Origin: Mobula hypostoma
Lineage: Eukaryota
Reading direction: 5' to 3'
Assembly: GCF_963921235.1 (NCBI RefSeq)
Contig: NC_086097.1
Location: forward strand, 41,728,001-41,792,000
Length of the DNA stretch: 64,000 bases
The first letter of the stretch is position 1; every line of letters starts with the position of its first letter. Below the pieces are notes generated by a model. It made no database searches and was not told the origin of the DNA. It saw nothing but the letters and a program-made list of their open reading frames with translations. The position numbers were made by a program, and so were the translations under genes. Positions 1 through 12,437 of this stretch are shown here, piece after piece.

Positions 1-1440
1 CTCATTCCCTCCTTGAAGAGTAGAGTGACATTTGCAATTTTCCAGTCTTCCAGAACCATTCCAGAATCTGGGGATACTTGAAAGATTATTAATAATGCCT
101 CCACAATCTATTCAGCCACTGCTTTCAGAACTGAGATGTGTACACCATGTGGTCCAGTTGACTTATCTACTTTCAGACCTTTCCATTTTCCAAGAACCTT
201 CTGCCTAGTTATTGCCACTTCATGACCCCTGGCACTTGGAATTTCCACCACACTGCTAGTGTCTACCACAGTGAAGACCAATGAAAATACTTATTCAGTT
301 CATCCACCAGTTCCTTGTCCCTCATTACTACCTCTCCAGTATTGTTTTCCAGTGGTCCAATATCTACTCTCACCTCTCTTTTACACTTAATGTATCTGAA
401 GAAATTTTAGTATCCTCTTTAATATTATTGGCTATCTTACTTTTGTATTCCATCTTTACCTTCTTAATGACTTTTTAGTTGCCTTCTGTTGCTTTTTAAA
501 AACTTCCCAGTCCTCTGACTTCCCTCTTATTTTTGCTCTATTATATGCTCTCTCTTTGGCTTTTATGTTGGCATTGATGTCTCTTGTTTGCCACGGTTGT
601 GTCAACTTGCCTTTCTTCCTCTTTGGGATGTATGTATCCTGTGCCTTCTGAATTGCTTCTAGAAATTCCAGCCATTGCAGCTCTGTCATCATCCCTGCCA
701 GTGTTCTTTTCCAATCAATTGTGGCCAACTTCTCTTTCATGCCTCTGTAATTCCCTTTACTCCACTGTAATATGGATATATCTGAGCTTAGCTTCCCCTT
801 CTCAATTTTCTGGGTGAATTCAATCATATTATGATCACTCACCCCTAAGGGTTCTTCTAGCATAACCTCTCCAATCAATTCTGGTTCATTGCACAACACC
901 CAATCCAGAATAGCTAGTCCTCTAGTGACCTCAACCACAATTCCTCTATAAAGCTATCTCATAGGTGTTCTCGGAATTCCCCTTCTTGGAATCCAACACC
1001 AACCTAATTTTCCCAATCTATCTGCATATTGAAATACCTCACAACTATTTCAACATTTCCCTCTTGGCATGTTTTCTATCTCCCATTGTTATTTGTAGAC
1101 CACATCCTTACTACCATTTGGGGTTATTTTCCAATCAATTCTGGTCTTTTCATCTCGCATGCCTCTGTAATTTCCTTTCCTCCACTGTATATCTGACTTT
1201 CGCTTCTCCTTCGCAAATTTCAGTGTAAATTTGGTCATATAATGATCTCTTGTCCTTACGTGGTCACTTTCTAATCAATTCCAGTTCCCTAGTGGGCTCA
1301 ACCACAAGCTGCTCGAACAACCCATCTTGCAGGCACTCTATAAATTCCACCTTGTAGAATCCAGCGTCCACCTGATTTTCCCAATCTACCTGCATATTGA
1401 AATGTAACGTTGCCCTTTTGGCATGTTTTTCTATCTCCTA
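1..1440 (-). mobile_element. Degenerate CR1 LINE fragments (ORF2 endonuclease C-terminus to start of RT)
   Basis: ORF 456-938 (ILDWVLCNEPELI..LGVSDHNMIEF..WSKGNY..PW) matches the CR1 APE C-terminus and linker; segments ~950-1090 and ~1310-1440 are similar to each other. Confidence 0.85.
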
Positions 1441-2339
1441 TTGCAGCAGCATCAGCAGAGAATGAAACAGTTAATGTTAGCTTGGCTTCTTCCTTCAGCT
1501 TCTACCAAACCTGATGAGTATTTGCAGCATTACCAGATTTTATTTCACATTCCCTGGTTTGGTAGTATTTTGCTTTGGATTGTATTGCTGGATTGCAACT
1601 CTTTTTTTTCCCTGTCCATCCCATCTTCTCATACAATCTCACCCCACCCCCAACATCCGATACTCAGTACGTTAACAGGAAGTGATGTTGGATGTGCAAT
1701 CCACAAAGCTAGATATTACAAAAAGTCAGAAAAACATCATACAACAATAACTGAAAAGATCCCAGGGTGTCTCTAGCATCCAGCATTGCTTGAGGGCATC
1801 AAAGAACAATGTACATTTTGAAACAGCAGAAGGTGTATACACTCAGGAAGCTTGTACAATGAATTCATGGCACGACTTCAACTAAATTAAAATGTAACAT
1901 CATGGCCTGGTGTTTGTGGGCCTCAGAGAATTTGCTGCAGCTGACCTCAAGCTCATCCTCACATTGTGCTGAAATTGATTTCAGAAGATCCCCAGGGCTG
2001 AGTTGTGCTTCTAGCTGGACAACAGAATTCCCATTCAGCTGAAAGTGAATGGGAATTCTGCAATGGAAAGAGATTGTAGATCAGCTAAAATCAAAATTGT
2101 TAAAGGAAGAACATGGGCAATTAACATATTGTCAATCTAAATAGCATTTAGCTATCTTAGATTGACAATAATTAACATTCTTTATAAAATGACAGATATA
2201 AGTGGAAGCAGAGGATCTGTCCAGAGGGTTACATGGTGCATGAGGTAATTGCCTTCAATAAGCAGGGTGAGATACTCCACAAGAGGAATATCTTCCATAA
2301 CTTCAATAAACTGAGTGATGTTTATTGACTTGCACTTGG

Positions 2340-3722
2340 CATTCAGTACATTCATACCTCATAAGCTGTTGGGTAAACTGTCTTTGTTGGGTCTCAACAC
2401 CTCTCTCGTTCTATCTTGGACTTCATGACAGAAAGGCCACAGTCAGCCCGTGTTGACAGAGACATCCCTGACTCCATCACACCGAGCAATGGCCCCCCGA
2501 GGGCTGTGTGCCCAGCTCACCGCTGTTCACACTGCTGACTCATGACTGCATTGCTGGATCCAGTTCAAATTGAATCATCAAGTTCCCCGAAGGCACAACA
2601 GTGGTTGCCCTCGTCAACAACGACAAGATGGAATACAGCAGGGAAGTAGAACGGCTGATATAATGGTGCAAGCATTCCAACTGGCGTCTCAACGTGGACA
2701 AGACCAAAGAGATGATTGTGGACTTTAGGAAGGTACTGGATCACTACTTCTCACTGCACCTCTGTGGAATGAGTAAGGAGCACCAGATTCCTGGGAGTGC
2801 AGATAACGGATGATCTCACCTGGTGTCTCAACACAATAAAGGGAAAATCTGCAGATGCTGGAAATCTAAGCAACGCACACAAAATGCTGGAGGAACTCAA
2901 CAGGCCAGACAGCAATAATCGAAAAGAGTACAACCAACGTTTTGGGCCTGGACCCCTCGGCAGGACCGGAGAAAAAAAGTCGCAACTCCTACTCCTCATT
3001 TTCTTTTCTCCTATCCTGCCGAAGGGTCTCAGCCCAAAATGTCGACTATACTCGTTTCCATGGATGCTGCCTGGCCTGCTGAGTTCCTCCAGCATTTTGT
3101 GTGAGGTCTCTCTATACCACCTCTTTGTTCAAGAAAGCACAGCAGCATCTCTACTTCCTGAGGAGATTGAGGTGAGTGAGGTTCCCCTCCACCCCATTAT
3201 TTTACCCAGTTTTTCCAGGACTACCATCGAGAGTGTCTTGACCGGCTGCATCACTATCTTGTACAGGAATTGCAGGGCATCTGATCTCAAGTCCCTACAA
3301 AAGATTGTGAGAACTGCTAAAAGGATCATTGGGGTCTCTCTTCCATTCATTAGAGAGATGTATCAGGAGCACAGGGCTCTTAGCACTATTAGTGATCCCT
3401 CCCATTCATCCAACAATCTCTTTGACCTACTACCATCAGGAAGGAGGTACTATATCATTTGGACAAGAACTGTTAGGATGGGAAACAACTTCTTCCCCCA
3501 GGCCATAACTTCCCGTCACCACCCATGTCTCAATACATATGAAGTGTCAGTAGCATTATACTGTTTACTTCATTAATTGCTAGTTCATTTGTGGTAATAT
3601 TAGTTTATGTATTATGTGTATGAGTTATTTGTACTGTGTTATGCACCTTGGTCTGAAGGAACTTTGTCCCATTTGGAAGTATACAAATATATGCTTGAAT
3701 GACCAGAAACTTGAACTTGAAC
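2340..3722 (+). mobile_element. Decayed Rex1/Babar-type LINE, 3' part
   Basis: RT C-terminal remnants (TTIESVLTGCIT..LQKIVRTAKRIIG..LLPSGRRY..NNFFPQAI in ORF 2797-3576); tail AAACTTGAACTTGAACT; interrupted at 2838-3103. Confidence 0.85.
2838..3103. repeat. Inverted pair of Penelope-like terminal repeats
   Basis: CACACAAAATGCTGGAGGAACTCA..CAGGCCAG on the left arm is mirrored by CTGGCCTGCTGAGTTCCTCCAGCATTTTGTGTG on the right; the same repeat caps the GIY-YIG elements at ~43810 and 57346. Confidence 0.85.
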
Positions 3723-4182
3723 TGCTGTTTAATTCTGTTTCTAACTTTTTTTGTTCCTCCCATTTCTGCCTTCTAAAATGAATTCCCGAGTCAGGAATCA
3801 ATCACAGCTGCATGCAATCATCTGTGCAGCCCTTGTGCTTCCTCAGTTATTAAACTTGTCCCTTTGCACACTGGGGTCGATAATCAATTACATCCAACAT
3901 TCATGGTGCTGAAGCGACAAAGATATCCGCTCCCAGGATGAACCTGAAGTCTGCCAACCTCTTCAGATATCCAGTAAGGCCATTGACAGATCAGGTGCTC
4001 AGGGCATGCTGGTTTGCCAACTTCACTCCCCTGCAACTGCAGAAAGACACTGTAATTACCCCTAATCCAACCTGAGGCCTGAACAGTACGTTGGTGAGAA
4101 TGCACCTGGGATATTGAATACTGTTTTGGTTACTGTGTTACGGAAAAGGTTGCACCGGTTCATGGGTAGGGAAGGTTTAGAA

Positions 4183-4262
4183 CAGGGGTTGCCAACCTGT
4201 GGTTGTCGGACCCCTGGGTTAATGGTAGGGGTCTATGGCATAAAAGAGGTTGGGAGCCCCTT
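4183..4262. mobile_element. 80-bp hAT-type MITE
   Basis: TIRs CAGGGGTTGCCAACCT / AGGTTGGGAGCCCCTT; perfect 8-bp TSD GTTTAGAA at 4175-4182 and 4263-4270. Confidence 0.85.
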
Positions 4263-5667
4263 GTTTAGAAGGATATGGTCCAAATGTGAGTAGATGTGAC
4301 CAGCTTAAATGGACATGTTGGTGACATGGATGAGTTGGGCTTTGTGTTTCTGTGCTCTATTGCTGTGGAATTTTATGACTATAATGCGGTGACTTCATGC
4401 AGTTGCAATCGATGCCATTGGACAAAACTTAATTGGCAAGTCAAGGCAAGTGCCTTAGACTGCAATCATCTATTAAAGCATCCTTCCACCATATCTGAAA
4501 TCCTCTCATTACACAGCAAGCAACCCAAAATCCTTTGCCATGTCAAGACTCTGTTGTGGGTGATGTTTCCATCGCTCCAGAGAAAATTATTCTGACGATC
4601 GTGTCTGACCTTGTCAGAAAAGATCTGCTCATTGTTGTACTGATGCATGGAATGCTGCATGGGTCCTGATTCATTGCATGATGTACTGCCACATGGAAGT
4701 GTATCAAATGTGCATGATTGTTAATCCTGACCGTGCACGCAATCTTTCATCAAAGATGAACATCGGAACCGCTTCATGCATTAGCAAAGCATCTTAAGTA
4801 AGTGGGGATCTGAAAATGGTTTGGAAATTATTTAAAGAACAATGAGAAGCCGTGCAATGTTAGTAATTATTTTTGGGTTATTGTTTTGATTTTATTAACT
4901 GTTTCTATTCTTTAAATATTAAAATCTTACATAGTGCTTCTTTCATAACCTAACTTATTAACATTCTGGAGGTGTACACTGAAAAGCTCATCACAACACC
5001 ACTTTTGTCTGTTCTAAAACATAAAGCAGTTTCTTATTAAAATGATGTAAAATAAAACATGAACATTCTACTGGACAGACCTGAGCATATGATGTACAAT
5101 TAAACACACAAGACTGGTGGTTTATCAACATCATGCTGCCTGTGAATCCTGTGTTTGCTTGGACCAAGTGTTAAGACGTCCTTACTACATTTTTTGCTGA
5201 ACTTCAACTGGGGAAATTGCTCCATTGTTACTTATTTTATGTAAATCCCCCAACTTAATTTGGAAATAAATCATCAGTACAGGGTACTAAATCTTATAAT
5301 TACCTACCCAACAAAGCTGTGAGAGCATCTTTTCACCAAGGAAGCTCACCTCTTCTCCTCCAGTGATGATTAAGGAAGGTTAATAAATGCAATTCTTACC
5401 AGAACTACCCTCATTTTGTAAACAAATAATAATAATGAGAAGACAACTCTCCTTTTCCCACCCCTTTTCATTCTCTCAGACATGTAATATTGCAAAGGAA
5501 ATGTCTATATATGCCTTCATATCATGGAGCATTAGGTTTGTAAAGAAGTTTTGTAGGTAGAATAAAGCACTTCAGTGTGTATCCATACTTGAGTATAGTT
5601 AATGAATATTTTAAATAATGATCACCTTACAAAGATCAATCATATTGTCAACATATTCATCATTGTA

Positions 5668-6305
5668 TGGCATATGGTATGATGGCCTTCGTCAATCATG
5701 GGATTGAGCTCAAGAGCCGAGGTAATGTTACAGCTATAGAAGATCTTAGTTAGATCCCACTTGGAGTACTGTGTTCATTTCTGGTCATTTCACTACAGGA
5801 AGGATGTGGATACTATAGAGAGAGTGCAGAGGAGATTTACAAGGATGTTGCCTGGATTGGAGAGCATGCCTTATGAGAATAGGTTGAGTGAACTTGGCCT
5901 TTTCTCCTTGGAATGACAGAGGGTGACAGGTGATCTGATAGAGGTGTATAAGATGATGAGAGGCATCAATCATGTGGATAGCCAGGGGCTTTTTCCCAGG
6001 GCTGAAATGGCTAACACGAGGGGGCTTAGTTTTAAGGTGCTTGGAAGTAGGTACAAGGGGAATGTCAGAGGTAAGTTTTTCACACAGAGGGTGATGGGTG
6101 TGTGGAATGCACTGCCAGCGACGGTGGTGGAGGCGGGTATAATAGGATCTTTTAAGAGACCCTTAGATAGGTACATGGAGCTTAGAAGAATAGAGGGCTA
6201 AGCGGCAGGGAAATTCTAGGCAGTTTCTAGAGTATGTTACATGGTCCGCACAACATAGTGGGCCAAAGGGCCTGTAATGTGCTGTAGATTTCTATGATTT
6301 CTATT
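5668..6305 (+). mobile_element. 5'-truncated CR1 3' end
   Basis: GDLIEVYKMMRG..FFTQRVMGVWNALP (ORF 5923-6201); tail TTTCTATGATTTCTAT. Confidence 0.9.
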
Positions 6306-7574
6306 GTGATATTACAAGCCTTCTAAAATAAGACTCTTGACTTCTAAAATGTCCCAAACAGCTTTGTGCAGTGATTGATGAGACAATCTACCTACACTGC
6401 AATGGCCCTTTGTCAACTTTTAACAACCTCACCATATGACATCACCCGACAAATGAACATATAGCACATTAATCACTTAGAAACAAGACCACCTTATTAG
6501 CACCTGAAGTACTTGCACTTGCATACAAACTTTGCCACACAGTTTCAGACTCAATGGTTGATAAACTGGTGTTCCTTAACAATGTTTTCCAGGATAGGGA
6601 GGAGGTGAAAATCGCCTGAAGTTTCGACAACTCATCCTTAATCACGTCATGTAACAATAGACCCCTGTTAGAAATAGCGGTAGTAATACATGAAGGCTCA
6701 ACCTCATTTTGGGGATGAAATGTTACAGAACCACAAAACTGGTGTTTATCATGCTTTGTAACATTCACTGGAACTGCTATTACCATTCTCTCCATTCACC
6801 TTAGGTGTCTGAACCAGGATTGTTAATTTAGCCTAGAGCCTTTATTGATGAGAAATGTCTGCTGGATTGATGGAGCCAGCATTTTACAGCTATCGGCATG
6901 AATGAACCACCTCATGCTTGCAGATCGATTCAGTTTCAGGTCTCCAGAGAGAAAAGAGTATTTATGAGAGAGTTACTTGGACCATTATGCTGCCTTACCT
7001 ACTTGGTACTCTTTTCAAAAAGTTTCATAGTTTCTGTTTATAATTGGAAATGATGCTAATTAGCATTTAATGCAATTGGGTAGGCAATTACCACTAAGTT
7101 AAATTTGCCTGCGGGTAATTAAAGAACACTAATCATTTCAGGGACTCAGACAGACTGCTATGTAATTTACTCACTTCCCCATCTTTAGTGTCTTCTGGCT
7201 TTAATGTATACCTACACAACTTCTTCAGTAAGATTTGAAAGAGAAAAATAAATAATGATTCTCATCATGACACTAAAGGTTATTCTTCCAACATTGGTAA
7301 ATTCTACTCCCTATACTGGTTATCCACATGTAAACTTAACTTCTGAGTAATGTAATATTCTTGCATTTCTGTCGAAGATTTTTGTAAAAAGTATTTTCAC
7401 CTGGATCAATGAAGGTTCATAAGCTCCACAAAGCTAAATTTGCTATTATCTCTTAACCTTCTCTGCTTGAGTACTTTATAGAGAAGTTTACATCCAAGTT
7501 ATTTTTGCACTCTAATTTTTCATATACTTTCAATGATGTGACATTTCTGGAAATTATTTTCCATTGTGGTACAA

Positions 7575-7700
7575 TGCAGCAGATGATAAAAATCTGAAAT
7601 TAGTCGGAGAAAAACAGGGAATACTCAGCAAGGCAAGCAGCATATGTGGAGACAAAGAGTTAATATATTTCATATTAATAACTTTTCATCAGAAATGGGA
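7575..7700 (-). repeat. Old Penelope-like terminal repeat remnant
   Basis: Diverged GCAGATG..AAATCTGAAAT..ACTCAGCAAGGCAAGCAGCAT; minus strand retains CTGATGA..GAAA. Confidence 0.5.
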
Positions 7701-7934
7701 AATTAAATTTCAAATAGGCTTTAAGTTGCAGGATAAGTGGGAGAGCAAAAGACAAAGGAAATCAAAAGCACATAGGGAAACAAAAAGCAGAGTGAACAAG
7801 GTGTTTTATCTATAATGGATTATTAAAGTTAGCATGTAAAATCCTTGTTAGGTGCACGTTAAGGTAACTAAGTCTGATAAATTATTTAAAAATAAATACA
7901 AATCATGGAAATTGTAATAGCTTTCAAAAACCAG

Positions 7935-8513
7935 TGCAAATATTGTCCACCTTCTGCAGCTGTGTAGTAGAGAGCAGCCTAACATGCTGCTTCACTCCAT
8001 GGTGCAGAACCCATAATGCGGTGGACAGGAATACTCTACAACAGGTAGTCAAAACTGCCCAATGCATCACACGCGCCAGGACATACTATCTATGCAGAAA
8101 GGTGCCAGAAAAAGGTCAGAAATATTATGAAGGATCCCACCCACCCTGCTTATGGACTGTTTGTCCCACTACGCAGCATCCACACCAGGACCGCCAGACT
8201 CAAAAACAATTACTTTCCCCAAGCAGTGAGGCTGATTAACACCTCCACCCACTAACACACCCCTCCACACCATCAAACACCACTACTTCATCATTTCCTG
8301 TCAGGGTCACCTTATGACCAAACACGCCGTGCCCAATGTCACTTCATGTACATAAACCAATCTGTGTAAATAAACCATCCTATATTTACATTTATTGTAT
8401 GTTTTTATTAGTGTGTTCTTTATCTTTTTTTGTATTGTATAGGATCAGGAGTAACAATTATTTTATTCTCTTTTACACTTGTGTACTGGAAATGACATTA
8501 AGCTATCTTGAAC
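7935..8513 (+). mobile_element. Rex1/Babar-type LINE 3' fragment
   Basis: VVESSLTCC..LQQVVKTAQCIT in ORF 7934-8239; resembles the 3' ends of the other Rex copies here. Confidence 0.7.
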
Positions 8514-8589
8514 TTTTACTAAGAAATCATTATATTTCATTACGAAATTGCAGTTTTGTTAACTAATTGCACCTATTTATACGAGCTAT

Positions 8590-8962
8590 ATGAAAAGGTG
8601 GACAAACTTGGGTTGTTTACTCTGGAGTGTCGGCATTTGAGGGACAATCCGATAGATGTTCATGACATTGATAGAGTAGATGGTCTTTTGCCCAGGATGG
8701 AAATATGAAATACCAGAGGACTTCAGGTGAGAGAGAGAGAGGAAAGTTTTGAGCAGATGAGCTGGATAAGGTTTTCTAACAGGAAGTAATAGTAATAGAA
8801 ACCTGGATGGGGAGGGTGGTGACAGATATATGAGCAGGCAGGGAATGGAGGAATTTGGTTCATGAGCAGACAGATGGGATTAGTTTAATTTAGCATAATA
8901 GTTGCCACAGACATTGTAGGACAAAGGGCTTGTTTCTGTGCTATACTCTTTTCTATTCTATG
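8590..8962 (+). mobile_element. Old CR1 3' fragment
   Basis: Diverged CR1 3' sequence ending CAAAGGGCTTGTTTCTGTGCT..TTCTATTCTATG. Confidence 0.6.
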
Positions 8963-9339
8963 GTGTTCAGAAAAATGAGGCATTGACACCATTTGACTGT
9001 TATCAATGATACAAGTGAATTAGTATCTCCTATTTCTCATCACACCCAGAAGACCACTTGATTCATCAAATCTGTGCCAATTCTCAATATAATTGGATTA
9101 CCCTACTTGCTCAAAGTAGATTTATTATGAAAGTACGTATGTTACCATAAGCTACCCTGAGATTCATTTTCTTGCAGGCATTCATAGAACTAAGAAATGC
9201 AAAAGAATCAATGAAAAACTACACACCAAATGAAGACTGACAAAAACCAATGCGCAAAAGTAGACAAATTATGCAAATTTTTAAAAATGATTTGCTTTCA
9301 CCTGTCCGCCCTTTCCACCTGGATTATCCTGGCGTCACC

Positions 9340-9470
9340 TCGGTACATCTGGGAAAACCGGGAGAAGGTACAAACTGCAGACAGACACCAAGGGAGGTCA
9401 GTATTGAACCCAGGTTGCTAAAGCAGTGCATGACAACATAGCACTGCCAGTCTGCTTCCATGCCACTCCT
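9340..9470 (-). mobile_element. tRNA-derived SINE fragment (V-SINE-like)
   Basis: Minus strand has a tRNA-like head with CTGGGTTCAATACT B-box-like motif followed by TCTGCAGTTTGTACCTTCTCCC. Confidence 0.5.
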
Positions 9471-9864
9471 GATAATCATGGTGTTGGCCTAATAAGCTCA
9501 CAACAGGTCACAGAAAAAGAGGAAAAATGCACATTAAAAAAAAAACATTGCAGACGTGAAGCATGTTTCAAACTTTCAAAGGAGAGCTGTCGTCTTTTCC
9601 AATGGCAATATTAAACTTCCTTCAGATTTTATTCATATATTCAGTACAACTTTGTTGGTTATGTGAAGTTTCTTGTAACTTTCCCACTTAACATCACTTC
9701 ACAAAGTACAATTGGATGTAAAATGGCTTGGGATATCCTAATGAATGGAAAATAAATGCTAGCCAGTGACTCCAGCATCCTGTCTAAGAAAATAAATAGT
9801 TTTATGTCTTTCACACTGTTAGCATCATCCTTCATCGAACAACTTCACACTGCTTGCATAAATA

Positions 9865-10228
9865 CAACATAGAACGTAGAAATCTACAACACCTTACAAA
9901 CCGTTCGGCCCACAATGTTGTGCCAACCATGTAACCTACTCTAGAAACCCTGTTTTTCCAAGCTCCATGTACCTACCTAAGAGGCTCTTAAAAAGCCCTA
10001 TTATATCCACTTCCACCACCGCCGCTGGCAGTGCATTCCATGCACCCACTACTCTCTGTGTGAAAAACTTACCCCTGACATCCCATGGGTACCTATTTCC
10101 AAGCACCTTAAGATTATGCTCTCTTGTGTTCGCCATTTCAGCCTTGGGAAAAAGCCTCTGGCTATCCACACGATCAATGCCCCTCATCATCTTATACACC
10201 TCTATCAGGTCACCTCTCATCCTCCTCA
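9865..10228 (-). mobile_element. CR1 3' end
   Basis: ORF 9936-10229 RMRGDLIEVYKMMRGIDRVD..FFTQRVVGAWNALP. Confidence 0.9.
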
Positions 10229-11217
10229 TAAATGTCCCTCTTCATGATACCAAAACAGATAAGGTATAGGCTGTTCATTAAAGGAGTGATATCTAGTTCA
10301 CATGATTCCTGTAAAGAATTATGTTATGCTGTTAAAGAAGTTAAAGGAAATTGTCCTGGACTTGCTGATGGTCCTGGATTCACAGAGTATTTGTGGGGTT
10401 TACAGGAACCAGACCTCACATATCACAAGGGTTCCCAACCCTACTGTAGACAAGCTTAGTTGGAGTTGGCTTAAACTTGCAGTAAAACAGCTTTCAAACT
10501 TTTCACGCATTCTGTTTGTAAGTGTTAATTCTTCTTGAAGAAACTCTTCACTTGAAATGTATTTCAAAGCTGCACGTGTGCTGAGGATGAATCTGAATCT
10601 CCTATTCACATCCTACAGATCTTTTACAAGAAAGAACAGCAGCTGTCCAACTCACATTGTGCTATTGTTACTACCTGAAACTAGCTACAATTAATGTGAC
10701 ATTATTTAAACTAATTAAAGTAAATAAGAATGTAACATTTAATAAAAGTTGGTATTTATCTGAAATCCATGATTTTTCCTTCCATTAATCTCGCCTGTTT
10801 TAGAAATTTCCACAAGCCTATGACTAAGGATAGGGATAGGCCTCAAATTTAACCTGCTCCTCACATATACATTATGAGTAGAAGAGGGAGGTACCATGTG
10901 AGATGAGCTGTGGAAGTGGGGAAGGGTCTTTAAATGGTCTCTTCGCACAGTGTGGAGGGTTTAGGTAGCAATTTGTCTTGGTTTTCAGCCTAGATGGTCT
11001 GGTGTAAAACGTGCCCAGACAGATGGGGGAGGCAGAGAGGGCATTTTGGTATTTTTGGAAGAACATGGTACCCTGATATCAGGACAAGACATGTAAGAAA
11101 ACTCAAGCATCAGCCACTGGCATCAAAATTTGCTCACTTGGTGAATAAGGGATTGCGTTTATGGCTTCTTTACTTTGATTTCTGTCACAAATAATGGGAA
11201 TATCCAGAGCAACTTGG

Positions 11218-11768
11218 GATCAGAATCAGAATCAGGTTTATTATCACCAGCATGTGTCGTGAAATTTGTTAACTTAGCAGCAGCAGTTCAGTGCAATACA
11301 TAATATAGAAGAAGATAAAAAATATTAAATAAATAAATAAATCAATTACAGTATATGTATATTGAATAGATTTTAAATCATGCAAAAACAGAAATAATAT
11401 ATATTTAAAAAGTGAGGTAGTGTTCAGGGGTTCAATGTCCATTTAGGAATCAGATGGCAGAGGGGAAGAAGCTGTTCCTGAATCACTGAGTGTGTGCCTT
11501 CAGGCTTCTGTACCTCCTACCTGATGGTAACAGTGAGAAAAGGGCATGCCCTGGGTGCTGGAGGTCTTTAATAATGGACACTGCCTTTCTGTGACACTGC
11601 TCCTTGAAGATGTCCTGGATACTTTGTAAGCTAGTACCCAAGATGGAGCTGACTAAATTTACAACCCTCTGCAGCTTCATTCACTCCTGTGCAGTAGCCC
11701 CCCACCCCCCCATACCAGACAGTAATGTAGCCTGTCAGAATGTTCGCCACGGTTCATCCATAGAAATC
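11218..11768 (-). mobile_element. Rex1/Babar-type LINE 3' end with (GATTCT)n tail
   Basis: ORF 11483-11680 LQRVVNL..HPGHALFSLLPSGRRYRSL; highly similar copy starting at 17901. Confidence 0.85.
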
Positions 11769-12437
11769 TCTGGGAACTGGCACTACTGGTTGGCAATGAT
11801 CTCCAAAAGGTGGCAAAATTGTAAATTTCCCTCACCATCTGTGCTTTGATGTGTGTGGAACCTAATCAAGCCCCAAATTTGATCATACTGAGGTCCAAGG
11901 GAGAGGTTCAAAGTTCACAGTAAATTTATTATCAAAGTGCATTTATGTCACCATTTACAACCCTGAGACTCACTTATTTGTGGGCAAACTCAGTAAATCC
12001 AATACCATAATAAAATTAACGAAAGACTGCACCCAAAAGGACAGACAACCAGTGTGTGGAAGACAACAAACTGTGCAAAGACCAAAGAAATAATAATGAT
12101 AAATAAATAAGCAATAAACATTGAGAATATGAGATGAAGAGTCCTTGAAAGTGAGTCTGTAGGTTTTGGGAACAGTTCAGTGATGGGGCGAGTGAAGTTA
12201 TCCCCACTGGTTCAAGAGCCTGATGGTTGAGGAGTAATAACTGTACCTGAACCTGGTGGTGTGGATCATGAGACTCCAGTCCTTTCTTCGTGATGGCAGC
12301 AGAGGGAAGAGATCATGGCCTCTGTGGTGGGATTCCCTGATGGTGAATGCTGCTTTGCTCTCACAATACTTTGTGTAGATGGGCTCAATAGTGGTGATGT
12401 CTCTAACTGTGATGGACAGGATTTTCTGTTCTAAGTC

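Noticed and set aside
1496..1530. CTGATGA as an intact hammerhead core
   Set aside because: Falls in the CCTGCTGAG part of an old terminal-repeat remnant; no helix II or GAAA box follows
2797..3576. 259-aa ORF as a novel protein
   Set aside because: Chance read-through of Rex RT remnants and the inserted inverted repeat
6469..6795. 108-aa minus-strand ORF as a host gene
   Set aside because: No recognisable domain or convincing splice/start context; length is compatible with chance
10232..10680. Overlapping short ORFs and a minus-strand acceptor (TTTCAG at ~10675) as an exon
   Set aside because: All three frames stop soon after the acceptor; no recognisable protein
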